Origin: a virus
Taxonomy: Duplodnaviria > Caudoviricetes
Strand: one strand, 5' to 3'
Virus record (IMG/VR): IMGVR_UViG_3300035520_001075
Span: 1 to 64,000 of that record
Length of the DNA stretch: 64,000 bases
Both the position numbers and the translations under genes were made by a program. The notes beneath the pieces are model-generated. The model had not been told where the DNA came from. It was given only the letters and a program-made list of their open reading frames with translations, and did no database searches. This document shows, piece after piece, positions 1 through 11,699 of the stretch (positions are counted from its first letter, which is position 1; the number at the start of each line of letters is the position of its first letter).

Positions 1-127
1 CGCACAACACCAAAATTTTTAGTATTTGCAAATCCAAAAATTATACTGCTTATCGCACAACACCAAAATTTTTAGTATTTGCAAATCCAAAAATTATACT
101 GCTTATCGCACAACACCAAAATTTTTA
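1..127. repeat. 53-bp tandem direct repeat (about 2.4 copies visible, may continue beyond the window edge)
   Basis: Unit CGCACAACACCAAAATTTTTAGTATTTGCAAATCCAAAAATTATACTGCTTAT at 1-53 and 54-106, partial copy at 107-127; no unique spacers. Confidence 0.9.
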
Positions 128-466
128 ATTACAGAATTTTTTCAGCGATTTTATTAATTTTTTTTCTTGCCGTTAATATTTTATTCATTAACCTTTTACC
201 CTACCTACTGAAAAATTTTATGCTCACACCGCCTCGCTTTTACAAAAATTTGACACCACCCACCCCTTCATTTTACTTGCAGGACACAGGTTATTAATAT
301 TTAAATTGTGTGCCTTAGTGGGGGGTTAATAATTTATTAAAAAAGTTCACAGAATGTTAACATATGGCGCCTGGTACAAAATTTTCAAAAGAAAAAAAAT
401 AAAAGGACGAAAAATTAATTGTGTTTGATACAAAAATTTTAAGAAGACTTTTTAAAAGTAAACTCC

Positions 467-495
467 TTTACTTTCTCTGTAATTCATGGTATAAT
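467..495 (+). promoter_or_regulatory. sigmaA/sigma70-type promoter
   Basis: TTTACT (467-472), 17-nt spacer ending TGG (extended -10), TATAAT (490-495). Confidence 0.6.
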
Positions 496-747
496 TATTA
501 TAGTGTTCGGGAAGAACATTAATATTATTTTAATATTATTATAATATTATTATTTTTAATATTATTATTATAACAATATTATTATAATAATATTTTATTA
601 TTATTTTAGTACTATCATTTTAATTATAATTAATAGGACAATATTAATTATAATTCTACTATAATTAATAGGACAATATTACTTATAGTAAATAATATTA
701 CTTATAGTAATCTTAATATAATAAAATAATAACTAAAAACTAAATCT

Positions 748-929
748 AAAACCTAAAAATGAAGGAAGTTAATAGCTTAACTTGTTAAGCTATTAACTTC
801 CCTCCTCAACTTCACACTTTTTCACGATTCGTTGAGTTCAGCACTTGACTTTTTTTTCGTTCTGTTTTTCGAGCGGCCGCCCACAAGGCAGAGCGAAGAA
901 AAGCGGAAGAAATTAAGTTTTTAGGTTTT
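748..929 (+). other. structured non-coding element (nested inverted repeats; candidate ncRNA or origin/packaging element)
   Basis: Perfect 18-bp hairpin GGAAGTTAATAGCTTAAC-TT-GTTAAGCTATTAACTTCC (764-801) and a G.U-containing stem TTCGTTCTGT/GCAGAGCGAA, enclosed by AAAACCTAAAAA (748-759) / TTTTTAGGTTTT (918-929). Confidence 0.5.
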
Positions 930-1105
930 GGTTTTTCGATTGGGAATTTAAAATTTAAAATTTAAAAAAAAAGAATTTAAAATTTAAAAAAAAGAATTTA
1001 AATTAGATTAAAAATTTTTTAGTAATCTAAAAAAAATAATTAAAACTATTTTACTTTAAAATTGGGTAATAAAAAAAATAAATTAAAAAGGAGCTGAATT
1101 AAATC

Positions 1106-2293
1106 TTGCAAAAATTTTAGTTAGACTATGATATCTATAGTTCAGAAGGCCGCCTCGCCGCAATTCAAGATATTCCCCTTAAGGATTTAAATAAGTCTGA
1201 GTTGGAGACAGTTTCTAATTATATTCTTTATGGGAAGGATAGTAATGGGACTTCTGTTGTTGATAGGGGTGAAGTTTAGATTAAGACAAAGTATTCGTCT
1301 TATAATAAAGAAAGAGTTATTAGTTTAGATGAATTAATGGAATCGCCAACCTTTGATGAGTCGATTTTTAAGAAAGAAAGAAATATTTATAAAAAAGTTA
1401 AACCTACTATTGATAAGGAAAAAGTTAAGGATATTCCTGGAATGAAGGAGCTGTGGAAATCAATTGAGCAATTTTAGGATTTACTTGACCAGAATTTAGG
1501 GAAGAAGCCTTTTAAAGAAGGGACAAAAAAATTAAGTCAACGACAATTATATCAATTGAAACATCAGCTAATTCAATTAAAGACACAGCAATACTATTTA
1601 GCAGATAGTGTTAGTTAGACGCTATTTACAAAAAAGAACCAAGGAAGTTTCTTTAGAGACTCAATTGAAAGTTAGACTAATTATTTAGTACTGCCAAGAG
1701 GTTATATGAACGGAAGCAACGATATTGAATTTAAAGAACCGAGAAAATCAACCTTACCAGCGGCCGCCCTCATTTCGGACGAAGACTTAGAGGTAATTAT
1801 TAAAGAAAAAAAGCCTTACCTTGACTTTAGAAATAAGAATCATTTATATCATTTGATTCAGAATTACTGGGATATTGCTGAAAGTGTTAGAGAAATACCT
1901 GATTCTCCATTATGGGGTATCTTGGAGACATTGGATTTTTATATTGAAAAGGCTAACTTAAGTAAACAACAATTACTTATTATTAGAGATAAGAAGTTAA
2001 GAATTCCTAATAAGGATATTGCAAAACATTTGATGGATGAACTTGGAATTTACCATCAGGAAAACTATGTGAGTACTATTTGGAATAAGAGCTTAAAGTT
2101 GATAGCGGCCGCCGCAGAATTGAATTATGATGAATTTTTGAGTAAGGATTATGATAAAGCTTGGAAAAATTGTATTAGATGCGGCAAGGAATTTTTAAGA
2201 GATGAACGAAACTTCATTAGAAAATCAAAAGCTTCTGATGGACTTTCTAATATTTGTAAGTGCTGTGAGAAAAAAAGTAGAAATAGGAGTTGA
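1106..2293 (+). CDS. putative transcription regulator (sigma region-4-like HTH plus C-terminal CxxC...CxxC Zn finger), ~395 aa with TAG read-through
   Basis: RBS AAGGAG then TTG at 1106; frame open except TAG at 1118, 1277, 1475, 1616 and 1673; joins track ORF 1706-2293; motifs LSKQQLLII...NKDIAKHL and CIRC...CKCC. Confidence 0.7.
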
Positions 2294-2297
2294 GATA

Positions 2298-2552
2298 ATG
2301 GATAGATAGATTAATAAACTTTTGAAATATTTTAAAGAATTTAATTTAGTTGATATTCTCGCTTTTGGAAATATCCTTGGAGTTGAAGAACAAGAAAAGT
2401 TTGAGGATTATATTACTGAAATTCTTGATGCGTTTCAGAAAGAAGACAAATTAAAACGTAGAGCTTTTCTTAAAACTGCAAAAGATGTGGCGGCCGCCAA
2501 CAAAGATATTTTAAAAGGATTGGCCAAGGAGGAGGGGGCTACCAAAAAATAA
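2298..2552 (+). CDS. hypothetical protein (TAG at codon 4)
   Basis: RBS AGGAG 2285-2289, ATG 2298, in-frame TAG 2307, continuous with track ORF 2322-2552. Confidence 0.7.
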
Positions 2553-2625
2553 TGGTAGCCTTAAGGTACTCTATTTTTTAACTTATTTTTCGACTTGCGG
2601 CCGAGTGAAAAAGAGGTGATATAAA

Positions 2626-3567
2626 ATGGCAAAGAAAATTTGTTAGCGTTGTGGACAGGAAAAAACTTTAGCTAATTATATAGCAAGTAATTCAATTATT
2701 CACGGTGGTTCATTACCAATTTGCCGCCAGTGTTTAGCTGAGCAAATTGGGAAGGCGGCGGAAGAAAAAAATTGGAATATTGTTGACAAGATTTGTCAAT
2801 GGGCTGATATTCCTTTTGTTCCAGAAGAATGGCAGAAAATGTATGATGCTCACGGAAAAGATGCTTTTGGAATGTATGCGGCCATATTTAGAGAACGACC
2901 TTATAATACGTTAGATTGGGGAATGTATAATGAAGTTTACTTACAAATAAGAGATGAAGAAAGGGTTGAAGATGCTTTACCTACTATAACAGAACATAGG
3001 AAAAAGTAGCTACGACAAAAGTGGGGAATGAATTATGACGATCAGGATTTAGAGTACTTAGAAAATTTGCACCAAGGATTGATTAGTTCTCAAAATATTG
3101 TTGGTGCTTTAAATGAAGACCAAGCTTTAAAGCTATGTAAAATTTCTTTAATTATTGAAGAAAAAATACGCAGCGGCCTTGATTTTTCTAAGGATTTAAA
3201 GGCTTATGATGATCTTTCTAAGCTTGCCAATTTGACTCCAAAGGTGGTTAAAGAAGCTAATGACTTTAATTCTGTTGGAGAAATATTTGCTTATTTAGAA
3301 AAGAAAGGCTGGGTTAATGAATACTATGATGATGTTATTAGAGATGAAGTGGATTTAACACTAAAAGATATTAAGTATTGGCTTCAATATCTTTATGTTA
3401 ATGAAACAGGTATTGCTGAAGAGATTGAAGAGAGAATTAAAAATCTGAAATTAAGTGCTGAACTTTCTGGAGAAAAATTCGATGAGACCGATTTTAGAGA
3501 CTACATGAAACAGCAAGAGTCAGTAAACCACGCTCTTGAAGCGGAAGAATTTAAAGCGGAGTTGTAA
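2626..3567 (+). CDS. Zn-finger protein upstream of TerL, candidate terminase small subunit, ~313 aa
   Basis: RBS GAGGTG, ATG 2626; MAKKIC(TAG)RCG gives a CxxC motif, second CRQC; another TAG at 3007; joins track ORF 3028-3567. Function inferred from position only. Confidence 0.6.
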
Positions 3568-3571
3568 TAAT

Positions 3572-5362
3572 ATGAGTATTATAATGCCAGAAACAATACT
3601 TAATACCATTCATTTTGTTGTTCAGAAAACATCTGCAGAATTTTATCGAGATGGAATTCAACTTGAAAAAAATGCAATTATTTCAACAAAAAGAATTAAC
3701 AAGAATAGAAGTTTATATGAGAAAATTTGTCATATGTGGAGTATTTATCCAGATCTCTATATAAAAATAATTACTCCTATAGACTCAAAATTTAAATTAA
3801 ATTTTTTCTAGGTCATATTTTTAAGAGTTTGTATGAGGCATGGACGAATTTTGACAATCGCCCCACGTGCGTCGGGCAAGAGCTTTATTTGTATATTGGC
3901 CTTATATTTAATTTGTATTTTTAGACCTGGTAGCCATGTCTTTATTTGTTCGCCTGGTAAACAGCAATCAGCAAAAATTGCTTAGCAGAAATTTAAATAG
4001 CTATTTGAATTACTACCTTTATTAAAAGCAGAGCTGGTGGGAGAAGGCAATTGGGGTAGTGATTATATTAAATTAACTTTTAGAAATAAGTCGTTATTAG
4101 ATGTAATGACACCTTTAAATTCTACTCGTGGTAATAGAGCTACAGCAGGAATTATAGACGAGTTTAGAGATCATAATGCAAGTGATATTAGTGAAATTAT
4201 ATTGCCATTATTAAATGTAGATAGACCGATGGTAAATCAAGACAAGAATCCATATGAACCTCAACAAGTTCAAATGTGGATTTCATCTGCTTCAGAAAAA
4301 AATACTTTTGCTTATGATAAAACAATTGAAATGTTAGAATTATCAATTATTAATCCTTCTAATTGTTTTATTTGGGGCTTTGATTATAAAATTCCAGTAA
4401 AAACAGGATTGTTATCTAAGGACTTTTTAAATGAAATGAAAATGTCTTCAACTTTTTCAGAAGCAGGCTTTGCAAAAGAATATATGAGCCGTTTTGTTGG
4501 AAGTTCTGATGAATCTTGGTTTGATTATGAAAAATTTTTAAGTTGTAGAAAAATTGTAAATCCAGAAATGAAGGAAACTATTAGAGAAGGAATAGAGTCT
4601 TATTACATTATTTCAGTGGATGTTGGACATGAAAATTGTCAAAGTATAGCAGCTGTTTTGAAGGTTTTTCCTAATAATGACAAATACTATTGCAATTTAG
4701 TTAATCTTTATAGTTTGGGAAAAACAAGTGCTGAAAAAGTTTTTACAAATCAAGCAAAAGAATTAAAGAGATTAATTCAAGCTTTTAATCCAAAAGAAGC
4801 CGTGATAGATATCAATGGATTAGGTATCGGATTAGCAGACGACATGATAAAAGAAACATGGGATGCAGAAAACAATATAATGTTGCCTGCATATGGCTTC
4901 TTTAATCGTGATGAATATGAAGAAAGACAGCCGAAAGGTTGTCAAAAAATTCTTTTTGGAATGAAAGCCTCTGGTAATTTAAACAGTGAAATCCATTCTG
5001 CTTTATATTCTAAAATTTATTCAGGTTGCGTTAGATTCCTTATTTCTGAATCTGATGCAAGTAATAAATTAATGAGCACTAAGGTCGGACAAAGAATGAG
5101 TCCAGAAAAGAAAATCGCCAGATTAATGCCGCATGAGATGACATCCATGCTTATTAATGAAATTATGAATTTAAGAGTTAAGCCCGCAGGCGAAAATAAT
5201 GCCATTAAAGTAGAGAGAATTAATTCTCGTATTCAAAAAGATAAATTTTCTGCTTTAGAATATGGCGTTTGGAGAATGGTTCAGTTAGAAAATGAACACA
5301 TGGCCAGTCGCCGCAATCGAGGTTTAGGTCGTAAATTAACTTTCTATAGAAAAGGGAGGTGA
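3572..5362 (+). CDS. terL: terminase large subunit, ~596 aa with 3 internal TAG
   Basis: Read-through gives LNFF(Q)VIFLR, Walker A APRASGKS, Walker B IIDEFR, nuclease motifs ISVDVG and KDKFSAL; TAG at 3809, 3983 and 3998. Confidence 0.93.
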
Positions 5363-5371
5363 AGTTCATAA

Positions 5372-6949
5372 ATGATAGAGCAAATTAACTTATCGGATTC
5401 AGAGCAAAAGAAATTAAAAGAATTAAAAGAGGAACGAATTACAGAATTTAAAAAAGCTTTTAAAGATATGATAGCAACCTCACAGGCGGCCTATCAAAAA
5501 ACAGATGCAAAATTCATTAGAGAAAGACATTTAAATTATTCTAAGGAAGAAATTAATAGAATTGTTCAAAATGGCGACCCAATTAGCAGGGCGGCCTTAT
5601 CAGAATTTTTCTTTGCTACTAATGGACTCTATAAACGTATCATTTTACATTATGCTACTTTCTTAACTTATTCTTGGATTTTAGTTCCATATGTTAAAAA
5701 TAGACGATATAAGATTACTGAAAAGAAAATTGCTGACGCTTATTATGACGCTTCGGAATTTTGTACTAATTTTCAAATTGATAGAAAATGTGCGTTATTT
5801 GCAAGAGACATTCTTGTTAAAGGAGCTTATTATGGATTACTTCATGATAATGGCAACAATATTGTAATTCAAGATTTACCTTTTGACTATTGCCGCAGTC
5901 GCTTTAAGAACGAGCAAGATATTGATATTGTTGAATTTAATATGGCTTTCTTTGATACAATTAGAGATGAGCAATTAAGAAAAGAAATTCTTGCTACTTA
6001 TCCAAAAGTTGTACAAAAAGGCTATTATAAATTTAAATATCATGACGGCCCAAAATGGTTATTTCTCCCTGCTGAAATGGGAATTTATTTCTGCTATTTT
6101 GATGAGAGACCATTTTTCTTAGATTTACTGCCGCTACTTGATGACCTTGATGATTACAAAGAAATTGATAAGGAAAGAAATCTCCAAGCTTTAAAAAGAA
6201 TCTTAGTTCAACAAGTGCCGCATGATGGCATGAAACTTGTATTTGAGCCTGACGAAGCAGAAGAAATGCACGAAGGTGCACTTAACATGATGGCTGGAAA
6301 TTCTGATATTGATGTACTTACTACTTATACAAACGTTAGTTTACTTGATATGAGCAGTGATGACGATGAAAAGACAGAAGTTGAAGATGTACAAGATTTA
6401 ATTTACCAATCTGCTGGTGTTTCTAAGGAATTATTCTCTGCAACAACAGATGCTGGTATTCAGTATTCTCTTAATAATGACTTAGCAATGATGATGATAT
6501 TAGGACAACGTTTTGCTCATTTTTTTACTGCACTTCTAAATTATAAATTTGAAAATAAAAAGGTTAAGTTTAAATTGTTAATTTTGCCTATTAGTTATTA
6601 TAATAGTGCTGATTATACTTCAAGAGCAAGAGAGCTTGCATCATTTGGCTATTGCTTCTTAACTCCAGTCTTATCAACTGGTATTGACCAGACTAACTTG
6701 GCCGCACTCAAAACTCTTGAAAATGACTTACTTAATCTTGACGAAATTCTTAAACCTCTTCAATCTTCTTACACGCAGTCTGGAAAATCTCAGGGACAGC
6801 CAATTAGTGATTCAGACACTAAGGCCGCAGAATCCCCAGATTCTAATTCCAGTGATGAAACTGTTGAAGAAGATAATTCAGATTCTACTTCTGAAAAAGA
6901 GGATAAAGATAAAAATAATGATGAGGTGAAGGAAGATGGACAAAGTTGA
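5372..6949 (+). CDS. portal protein
   Basis: 525-aa ORF immediately after TerL with an acidic C-terminal tail; canonical gene order. Confidence 0.8.
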   Translation: MIEQINLSDSEQKKLKELKEERITEFKKAFKDMIATSQAAYQKTDAKFIRERHLNYSKEEINRIVQNGDPISRAALSEFFFATNGLYKRIILHYATFLTYSWILVPYVKNRRYKITEKKIADAYYDASEFCTNFQIDRKCALFARDILVKGAYYGLLHDNGNNIVIQDLPFDYCRSRFKNEQDIDIVEFNMAFFDTIRDEQLRKEILATYPKVVQKGYYKFKYHDGPKWLFLPAEMGIYFCYFDERPFFLDLLPLLDDLDDYKEIDKERNLQALKRILVQQVPHDGMKLVFEPDEAEEMHEGALNMMAGNSDIDVLTTYTNVSLLDMSSDDDEKTEVEDVQDLIYQSAGVSKELFSATTDAGIQYSLNNDLAMMMILGQRFAHFFTALLNYKFENKKVKFKLLILPISYYNSADYTSRARELASFGYCFLTPVLSTGIDQTNLAALKTLENDLLNLDEILKPLQSSYTQSGKSQGQPISDSDTKAAESPDSNSSDETVEEDNSDSTSEKEDKDKNNDEVKEDGQS

Positions 6950-8543
6950 TTTTTCCAAGATTCCTACCACTCTTGATGTGTCTTTATTTGGAGAAACAGA
7001 AAAAATAACTGATACTTTGTCTAAATGTAGGGTACGAATTTTTTATAAGGGAATGAATAGAAATCGTACCTATATATCAGAGGACTTTGCAAATCAGCTT
7101 ATTGCCTCATTACCTTATACTCCAATCAAGGGTATTTTTGATAAAGATACCCTTGACTATGAAGGACATGGGGAAGACAACACGGACGGAAGAATTTATG
7201 GAGTTGTTATGGCAGACCCAAACTTTGCTTGGGAAGATTATGAAGATATAGATGGTATTACAAGAAGCTACGCTTGTGCTGATGTACTATTGTTTACTGG
7301 TCTTTATCCTGAAGCACAACTCATTAAAGGAAAATCCCAGTCTATGGAAATCTTTAGAAAGACGCTTGTTGGTGAGTGGAGGATTTGCGAAACTGATAAT
7401 CAACCATACTATCATTTTATAAGTGGAAGCTTAGTTGGTTTACAAGCTTTGGGAGATGATACTGAACCTTGTTTTGAAGGTTCGGCATTCTTTAGTTTAT
7501 ATAAAGATGTAAAAGAAATGGTAGATTATATAAAAAATTTTAGTATAAAAAAGGAGGAGAAGGTAATAATGGATAAGAGTTTATTTAGACTTTCAGACCA
7601 TGAGAAGGCAAATATTCTGTTTGACTTACTTAATCCTAATTTTACTGCAGAAGGAAATTGGGAATGTTCTCTTGAAATTCTTGACGTTTATGATGAGTAT
7701 TGTGTTTGCTTTGACGTTGCGGCACGCAAGTATGTAAGAGTATATTACACAAAAGACGATGCTACAGATTCAGTAGTAATCGGAGATATCGTTGATGTTA
7801 AGATTGTTGATGTTAGTGAAACAGAATATAATGCTCTTGAAGCAATGAAAGCTGTTGGCGGTTCTTTTGAAGCAACACAGTCCGCTTATGAGGAACTTAA
7901 AGTAGAAAAAGAAGCTTTTAGTACTAAGATTGATGAACTTAAAGCTAAAGTTTCTGCGGCCGCAGCAAAAACAGAAGAGGCAGTTGAGACTGTAGAGGTT
8001 TCGGAAACTGTTGAAAATGTTGAGCCAGTGGTTGAAGCTTCACTTACAGAATCAGGAGAATCAGCAGAAACAGGAGAATCAGCAGAGATAGCAGGAATTT
8101 TATTAACTGTAGAATCTACAGTAGACTATGAAGCTCTGGTTTCTGAAAAGGATACTATAATTTCTGAACTTGAGGAAAAAGTTTCTGATTTTGAATCTGA
8201 AAAAGTTAGACTTGAATCTGAAGTAAATGACTTAACAAATGAGGTAGAAAAGTTATCAGCCTTTAAAAAGGATGTTGAAACAGAGCAGAAGAAAGAAATT
8301 CTTTCAAAGTATGAATCTCATTTAACAGAATCTGCTATTTCTAATTTTACTGACAATATGGACAAATTCACTGTTGAAGACTTCAAAAAAGAAGTTTGCA
8401 CAGCTGCTGTAGAATCTGACCCATCTATTTTCAGTAAGGAAGAGCCGCAGGTTTTCTATAAAGGCGGAAACATTGAAGCTAATAAAGGAGAAAACAGCCT
8501 TATTAGATTATTAAATAGTTATAAAAATGGAGGTAATAAGTAA
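6936..8543 (+). CDS. prohead protease/scaffold fusion
   Basis: N-terminal domain with NRNRTYIS, GH and SQSMEI...ALG...EPCFEGS motifs typical of phage maturation proteases, then a long acidic coiled coil; lies between portal and capsid genes. Confidence 0.75.
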   Translation: MDKVDFSKIPTTLDVSLFGETEKITDTLSKCRVRIFYKGMNRNRTYISEDFANQLIASLPYTPIKGIFDKDTLDYEGHGEDNTDGRIYGVVMADPNFAWEDYEDIDGITRSYACADVLLFTGLYPEAQLIKGKSQSMEIFRKTLVGEWRICETDNQPYYHFISGSLVGLQALGDDTEPCFEGSAFFSLYKDVKEMVDYIKNFSIKKEEKVIMDKSLFRLSDHEKANILFDLLNPNFTAEGNWECSLEILDVYDEYCVCFDVAARKYVRVYYTKDDATDSVVIGDIVDVKIVDVSETEYNALEAMKAVGGSFEATQSAYEELKVEKEAFSTKIDELKAKVSAAAAKTEEAVETVEVSETVENVEPVVEASLTESGESAETGESAEIAGILLTVESTVDYEALVSEKDTIISELEEKVSDFESEKVRLESEVNDLTNEVEKLSAFKKDVETEQKKEILSKYESHLTESAISNFTDNMDKFTVEDFKKEVCTAAVESDPSIFSKEEPQVFYKGGNIEANKGENSLIRLLNSYKNGGNK

Positions 8544-9199
8544 TGGCAATAAAATTTTTTGATTGTAAAGGCTATGGTCAGATTGAACCAAGTCAGGTAT
8601 GGTTTACTCGTGCTGGTATGTCTGAATCACAGTGTGCACTTGACCCAGATAAGTTTGCCGCTCATTTTCCAATGACAGCAACAGAATCAACAGATGAAAA
8701 AATCTATGCTGAAAATGGTGCATTTTTAATGATTGATAAGCAGAATAAGATTGCTACAATCCCTAATGAAGACATGAGCAAACTTGGTTATAAGATGGGT
8801 ATTAATTACTCAACAGAAAAAATTTACAACCAGTTTACACCTGGCCGCAGAAATTTCTGCATGATTGCCGGTGAATTCCTTCCAAGAATTGGTTTTGTTG
8901 AACCAGGCATGAGAATTTGCACAAATGCAGTAGCTTGGGATTCAGAAGCAGATATTTTCACAACTGCTAATCCTACAGATGATTCTGATATTATGTATAA
9001 CGATGTTAAGACAGCACTTGCTACAAAGACAGATACACCAATCTATGCTGTAGTGACTAAAGATTCTAAGGGTAAACTCGTTATCGGCGGCAAGCCAGCA
9101 GATGCTCTTGGTAATGTATATGCTATCGTAACAGAAGCTTATTTCAATGCAGACAATACAAAATCATTTAAGATTATGTTTGTAAATAAACCAGAATAA
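8543..9199 (+). CDS. virion structural protein (candidate capsid decoration)
   Basis: 218 aa between scaffold and capsid genes; strong RBS, no TAG. Confidence 0.55.
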   Translation: MAIKFFDCKGYGQIEPSQVWFTRAGMSESQCALDPDKFAAHFPMTATESTDEKIYAENGAFLMIDKQNKIATIPNEDMSKLGYKMGINYSTEKIYNQFTPGRRNFCMIAGEFLPRIGFVEPGMRICTNAVAWDSEADIFTTANPTDDSDIMYNDVKTALATKTDTPIYAVVTKDSKGKLVIGGKPADALGNVYAIVTEAYFNADNTKSFKIMFVNKPE

Positions 9200-9222
9200 G
9201 GATTAAGGGAGGTTGAAAAATA

Positions 9223-10326
9223 ATGACAGATAAGAAAGCAATAAAGGATTTAGTTGTTTGCTCTTTCTATGGCACAAACCCTGATCCTTCTAAATTCTCA
9301 AATGCAGATATAAAAAATACTCTTAGAGAAGAGATTCATAAGATTGCCCACGATTACGATTCATATCGTAGAAATAAGTATGACCTTTTTGAAATCATGC
9401 AGGAAGCTTATACAGAAATCGTTCCACGTCAGATTGAAGACTTTATGGGTAGTTTTGCTGAAATTAAAACAGTTCCAAACGGACAGAAAGCTCAGTTCGT
9501 TGTAAACACTGGCCGCAGACGTGCAAAGCAGTTTATTACAGAAGTAGGACTCTCAGGCGTTTATGAGAGCTTCCGTCTCGATAAGAGAACTTTTGAAGTT
9601 GGTGCTAAGGCAATTGGCGGTACAGCATATATTGATTTTGAAAGATATATTTCAGGAGATGAAGATATCACAGAATCAACTGATATTCTTATTGAAGGTT
9701 ATCAGGAAGCTATTTTTGGTGAAGTTCAGAAAGCACTTCTCGCTTCTGTAAATGATGCTGAAAGACCAACAAAGAATAAGCACATTGGTGCAGGCTTTGA
9801 TGCTGATGCTATGGCACAGCTTTGTGCAGTAGCAGGTTCTTATGGAAATGGCGGCGTGACAATCTTCGCTACACCAGAATTCGTTGCAGCAATGGGCCCA
9901 GATGCAATTGGTCTTCCAATTTATGCTCCATCAGCAACAACTGCTGGTAAGGGCTATGGCTATGCTACTCCAGTATATTCACCAAGAGATATTGAAGATA
10001 TTGCTAATACAGGTTATATCAAGACATTCCGTGGTAATCCAATTGTTCAGATTCCACAGTCATTTACAGATGAAACAAATGAAACAACTGTAATGAACCC
10101 AGCAGTAGCTTATATTTTCCCTAACGGTCAGGCTAAGCCAGTTAAGATTGTTTTTGAAGGAGATATGAGACTTGACGATTGGCAGCACAGAGATAGAAGC
10201 TTTGAAATCGAAGTTTATGGTAAAGTTGGCGTAGCTATTCTCACAACTTACAACTGGTGTCTCTATGTTAATACAGAACTTGATTATGACACAAATACAA
10301 AATATGCCCTTGAACTCAATGGCTAA
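9223..10326 (+). CDS. major capsid protein
   Basis: 367 aa, canonical position, RBS GGAGG, biased codon usage, followed by a terminator. Confidence 0.8.
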   Translation: MTDKKAIKDLVVCSFYGTNPDPSKFSNADIKNTLREEIHKIAHDYDSYRRNKYDLFEIMQEAYTEIVPRQIEDFMGSFAEIKTVPNGQKAQFVVNTGRRRAKQFITEVGLSGVYESFRLDKRTFEVGAKAIGGTAYIDFERYISGDEDITESTDILIEGYQEAIFGEVQKALLASVNDAERPTKNKHIGAGFDADAMAQLCAVAGSYGNGGVTIFATPEFVAAMGPDAIGLPIYAPSATTAGKGYGYATPVYSPRDIEDIANTGYIKTFRGNPIVQIPQSFTDETNETTVMNPAVAYIFPNGQAKPVKIVFEGDMRLDDWQHRDRSFEIEVYGKVGVAILTTYNWCLYVNTELDYDTNTKYALELNG

Positions 10327-10365
10327 TAGATAAACAATTAAATAAAATTTTATATAAATGAAATT

Positions 10366-10398
10366 TGGTGAGTGAGGCTATCTCACCCACCATTTTTT
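10366..10398 (+). terminator. intrinsic terminator after capsid gene
   Basis: TGGTGAGTGAG/CTCACCCACCA stem followed by T6. Confidence 0.75.
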
Positions 10399-10420
10399 GA
10401 GTTAAAAGGAGGAAATTAAT

Positions 10421-10951
10421 ATGGCAGAAACAAGAATGGTATTGATTAAGAGTATGGTTAATGCTACTGTAAGTGTAAGAAAATCAGAATATGGCGTTAA
10501 TAGAAGATGGGAAAAGCGTGGACAGACACAGGCTATTCCTTATGATGTTGTTGAACAGTTGCTCTGGACAACAGGCTTTAGAAATATGATTGATAATGGA
10601 ATTCTTTACATAGATGATTTACAGACTAAGAAAGATTTAGGGCTTGAACCAGAAGATGCAACCGAACCAACTAATATTATTGCTCTTACAGAATTACAGA
10701 TGGAGAATTTACTTAAAAATACTCCGCTTACAGTATTTAAAAAAGAAATCTCACAGTTAAAAGACACTCAGATTGATAATCTTATTGACTATGCGATTGA
10801 GAAGAAAATTGTTGATACTGATAAGTGTAGTTTACTTAAACAGATAACTAAAAGAGATATACTTCTTGCAATATCAAGAAAAGAAGATATGGAAGCACTT
10901 GAAAGAGCAGAAAAAGCACAACGCTCCGCTCCTGTAGAGGGCCGCAGATAA
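10421..10951 (+). CDS. hypothetical head-region protein
   Basis: 176-aa ORF with RBS AGGAGG. Confidence 0.75.
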   Translation: MAETRMVLIKSMVNATVSVRKSEYGVNRRWEKRGQTQAIPYDVVEQLLWTTGFRNMIDNGILYIDDLQTKKDLGLEPEDATEPTNIIALTELQMENLLKNTPLTVFKKEISQLKDTQIDNLIDYAIEKKIVDTDKCSLLKQITKRDILLAISRKEDMEALERAEKAQRSAPVEGRR

Positions 10952-10963
10952 AAGGTGATATAA

Positions 10964-11437
10964 ATGGTATCTTTAATGACAGTGTATGAAGCTTTTCTTA
11001 GTAAAGTTAATGAGGATGATTGGTCTCACTGCTATTCAAAAGAGGACTTAGAATGGTTTATTAAAGATTGGCGAGCATTCTTAGATTCTGCGTTGCCATA
11101 CTTTAAATTTCCTCGTTGTAGTCTGGAGATAGACGAAACAACTCAAACTTTTACTGATGAAAATATGGATTCTGAAGAAGTTCAGGTTCTTGCCGTTTTT
11201 ATGAAATAGGAATGGCTTAAAAGAACTATTGACTCTTGGGAAAATATAAAAACTCAATATGATGAAAAAGATTTTTCTCAGGCGAATTTGCTTAAAACTT
11301 TTATTTCTCTCAAAGACCAAGTAATTGAAGAAGCTGAAAATATGGAAAGAAAATATTATCGTTCAGTTAATAAAAAGCCATTTCATTATGGCAGATTGGC
11401 TGGCGGCAAGAGGAAAGGCTATGGTAAACAGTTCTGA
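10964..11437 (+). CDS. putative head-tail adaptor, ~157 aa
   Basis: Track ORF 10964-11209 continues through TAG (MK-Q-EWLKR...DFSQANLL) to TGA at 11435-11437; neck-region position. Confidence 0.65.
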
Positions 11438-11699
11438 AATATATCAAGAAGCTTATCGAGATAAGATGAAAAAAAAGCTCTATGGACTTTTGAGAGAAAG
11501 AGAAAAAGATGGAGAATGGGAGAAATATTTAGATACAATTTTAATTGAGTTAGGTGGTTATTCTGAGAATAATAAGACTATTGAATATTATACTCTTTAT
11601 CATAAGCTGGCCGCTTGTAGATATTTATCTTTTAAATACTATCGAAAAACGATTTTTGAATGCATGAATCTTTTTGATTATATAAGAGTTGATTGCTAA
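11421..11699 (+). CDS. hypothetical protein
   Basis: ATG 11421 after AGGAAAGG; C-terminal part of track ORF 11325-11699. Confidence 0.65.
   Translation: MVNSSEIYQEAYRDKMKKKLYGLLREREKDGEWEKYLDTILIELGGYSENNKTIEYYTLYHKLAACRYLSFKYYRKTIFECMNLFDYIRVDC

Noticed and set aside
1-127. Possible CRISPR array
   Set aside because: The units are identical end to end, with no unique spacers and no cas genes.
79-297. Track ORF of 72 aa
   Set aside because: It starts inside the tandem repeat, has no RBS and is low complexity; probably spurious.
8046-8096. 9-bp tandem repeat in the scaffold region (ESGESAETGESAE)
   Set aside because: Ordinary low-complexity linker expansion.
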